This document shows positions 63,291 to 64,000 of a stretch of 64,000 nt of DNA, in pieces. Each line of letters opens with the position of its first letter. Positions within the stretch are counted from its first letter, which is position 1. The stretch comes from Octopus sinensis (lineage: Eukaryota). Location of the stretch: contig NC_043002.1 in NCBI RefSeq assembly GCF_006345805.1, forward strand, positions 57,164,001 to 57,228,000. The letters run 5' to 3'. Below the pieces are notes generated by a model that saw only the letters and a list, made by a program, of their open reading frames with translations, was not told where the DNA came from and did not search any database. Both the position numbers and the translations under genes were made by a program.

Positions 63291-63974
63291 TATTACTTGT
63301 GAAAACAGCAAAAAGAATGTCTTATGATGTGCATACCGCTTGGTCAAGCTAGAATTAAAGGAATAATGTCGCATTGAGTAGCGTTGACTAAAATATATCC
63401 GTGTAAGGTCATGTTTAGCCCTTTAGTACTCAAACTGGCCATATCAAGCCCAAATAATCTACCCGTTTTATGCTCAAGTTGATCAGATCAGGCCCCTTAG
63501 ACTTACCCCACAAAATCATTCCAATAACAATCTACAAAATAATGTATGGTAAATTCAAAACAATGTGAATAAATAAGCATTACATTTGACAGAGGAATCT
63601 GAATATTAAAGAGTTAATACGTTCGAGTGTAATTGAATACGATAAGAACTTTCGCTGGTGAAATGGTCTCAAGAAAATTCTCCACCTAGATTTGTGTCTT
63701 TCAATCCAATGACATCATCCACAGCTCAAAATAAGATGTGTCTTTACACAAGTCTAGGTTCGGGCAACAGTAAAAGAGTGTTGCATTTTCTCCGTCTGTG
63801 TGTCGGGAGAGGATGAGGAAAAAGAAAGTGAAAATGGAGAAAGAAGAGGAGAAGAAAGGGGAGAAAGAGGAGAGCAAGAAGAAATGAAAGGCAGCAGGAA
63901 CTGAAAGGTGCAATAAACGTCTGAAGCAATCAGCTATGGTACCCTATATACAATAGATGCATTCTAGTTAATTG

Positions 63975-63998
63975 TAACCCCAACGCTAACCCTAACCC
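63975..63998 (-). repeat. Short telomere-like (TAACCC)n run at the window edge
   Basis: TAACCC-CAACGC-TAACCC-TAACCC. Confidence 0.4.
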
Positions 63999-64000
63999 TT

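Overview
This is a non-coding, extremely repeat-dense 64 kb segment of an animal genome, most likely an octopus. That assignment is an inference from the AT-richness, dense (TA)n/(CA)n/(TATG)n/(TCTA)n microsatellites and tRNA-headed SINE families. I can support no host protein-coding exon; nearly all ORF-track entries are microsatellite translations or transposon remnants. Recognisable elements: a near-full-length R4/Dong-type RLE retrotransposon in (TAA)n (35781-39733) with an adjacent 5'-truncated second copy; a near-intact IR/DR Tc1 transposon (25131-26758); remnants of a second Tc1, mariner, hAT, CR1-like and HERO-like elements; an ORF1/zinc-knuckle-only element; a Tc1/mariner MITE; several non-autonomous Helitrons with swapped end modules; many SINEs; and minisatellites. 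The most interesting signal is a hidden layer of about 15 minimal type-I hammerhead-ribozyme (HHR)-like motifs found by manual reading on both strands. Several carry the same non-canonical core (U4C, seen in five sequence-unrelated contexts; U3/A8, seen twice). They sit in fold-back palindromes or in small elements with a shared architecture: direct repeat, long hairpin capped by an HHR, direct repeat (period about 330-360 bp). This resembles Penelope-derived or retrozyme-like self-cleaving RNA elements. All coordinates and pairings were read by eye. No folding, database search or activity test was run.
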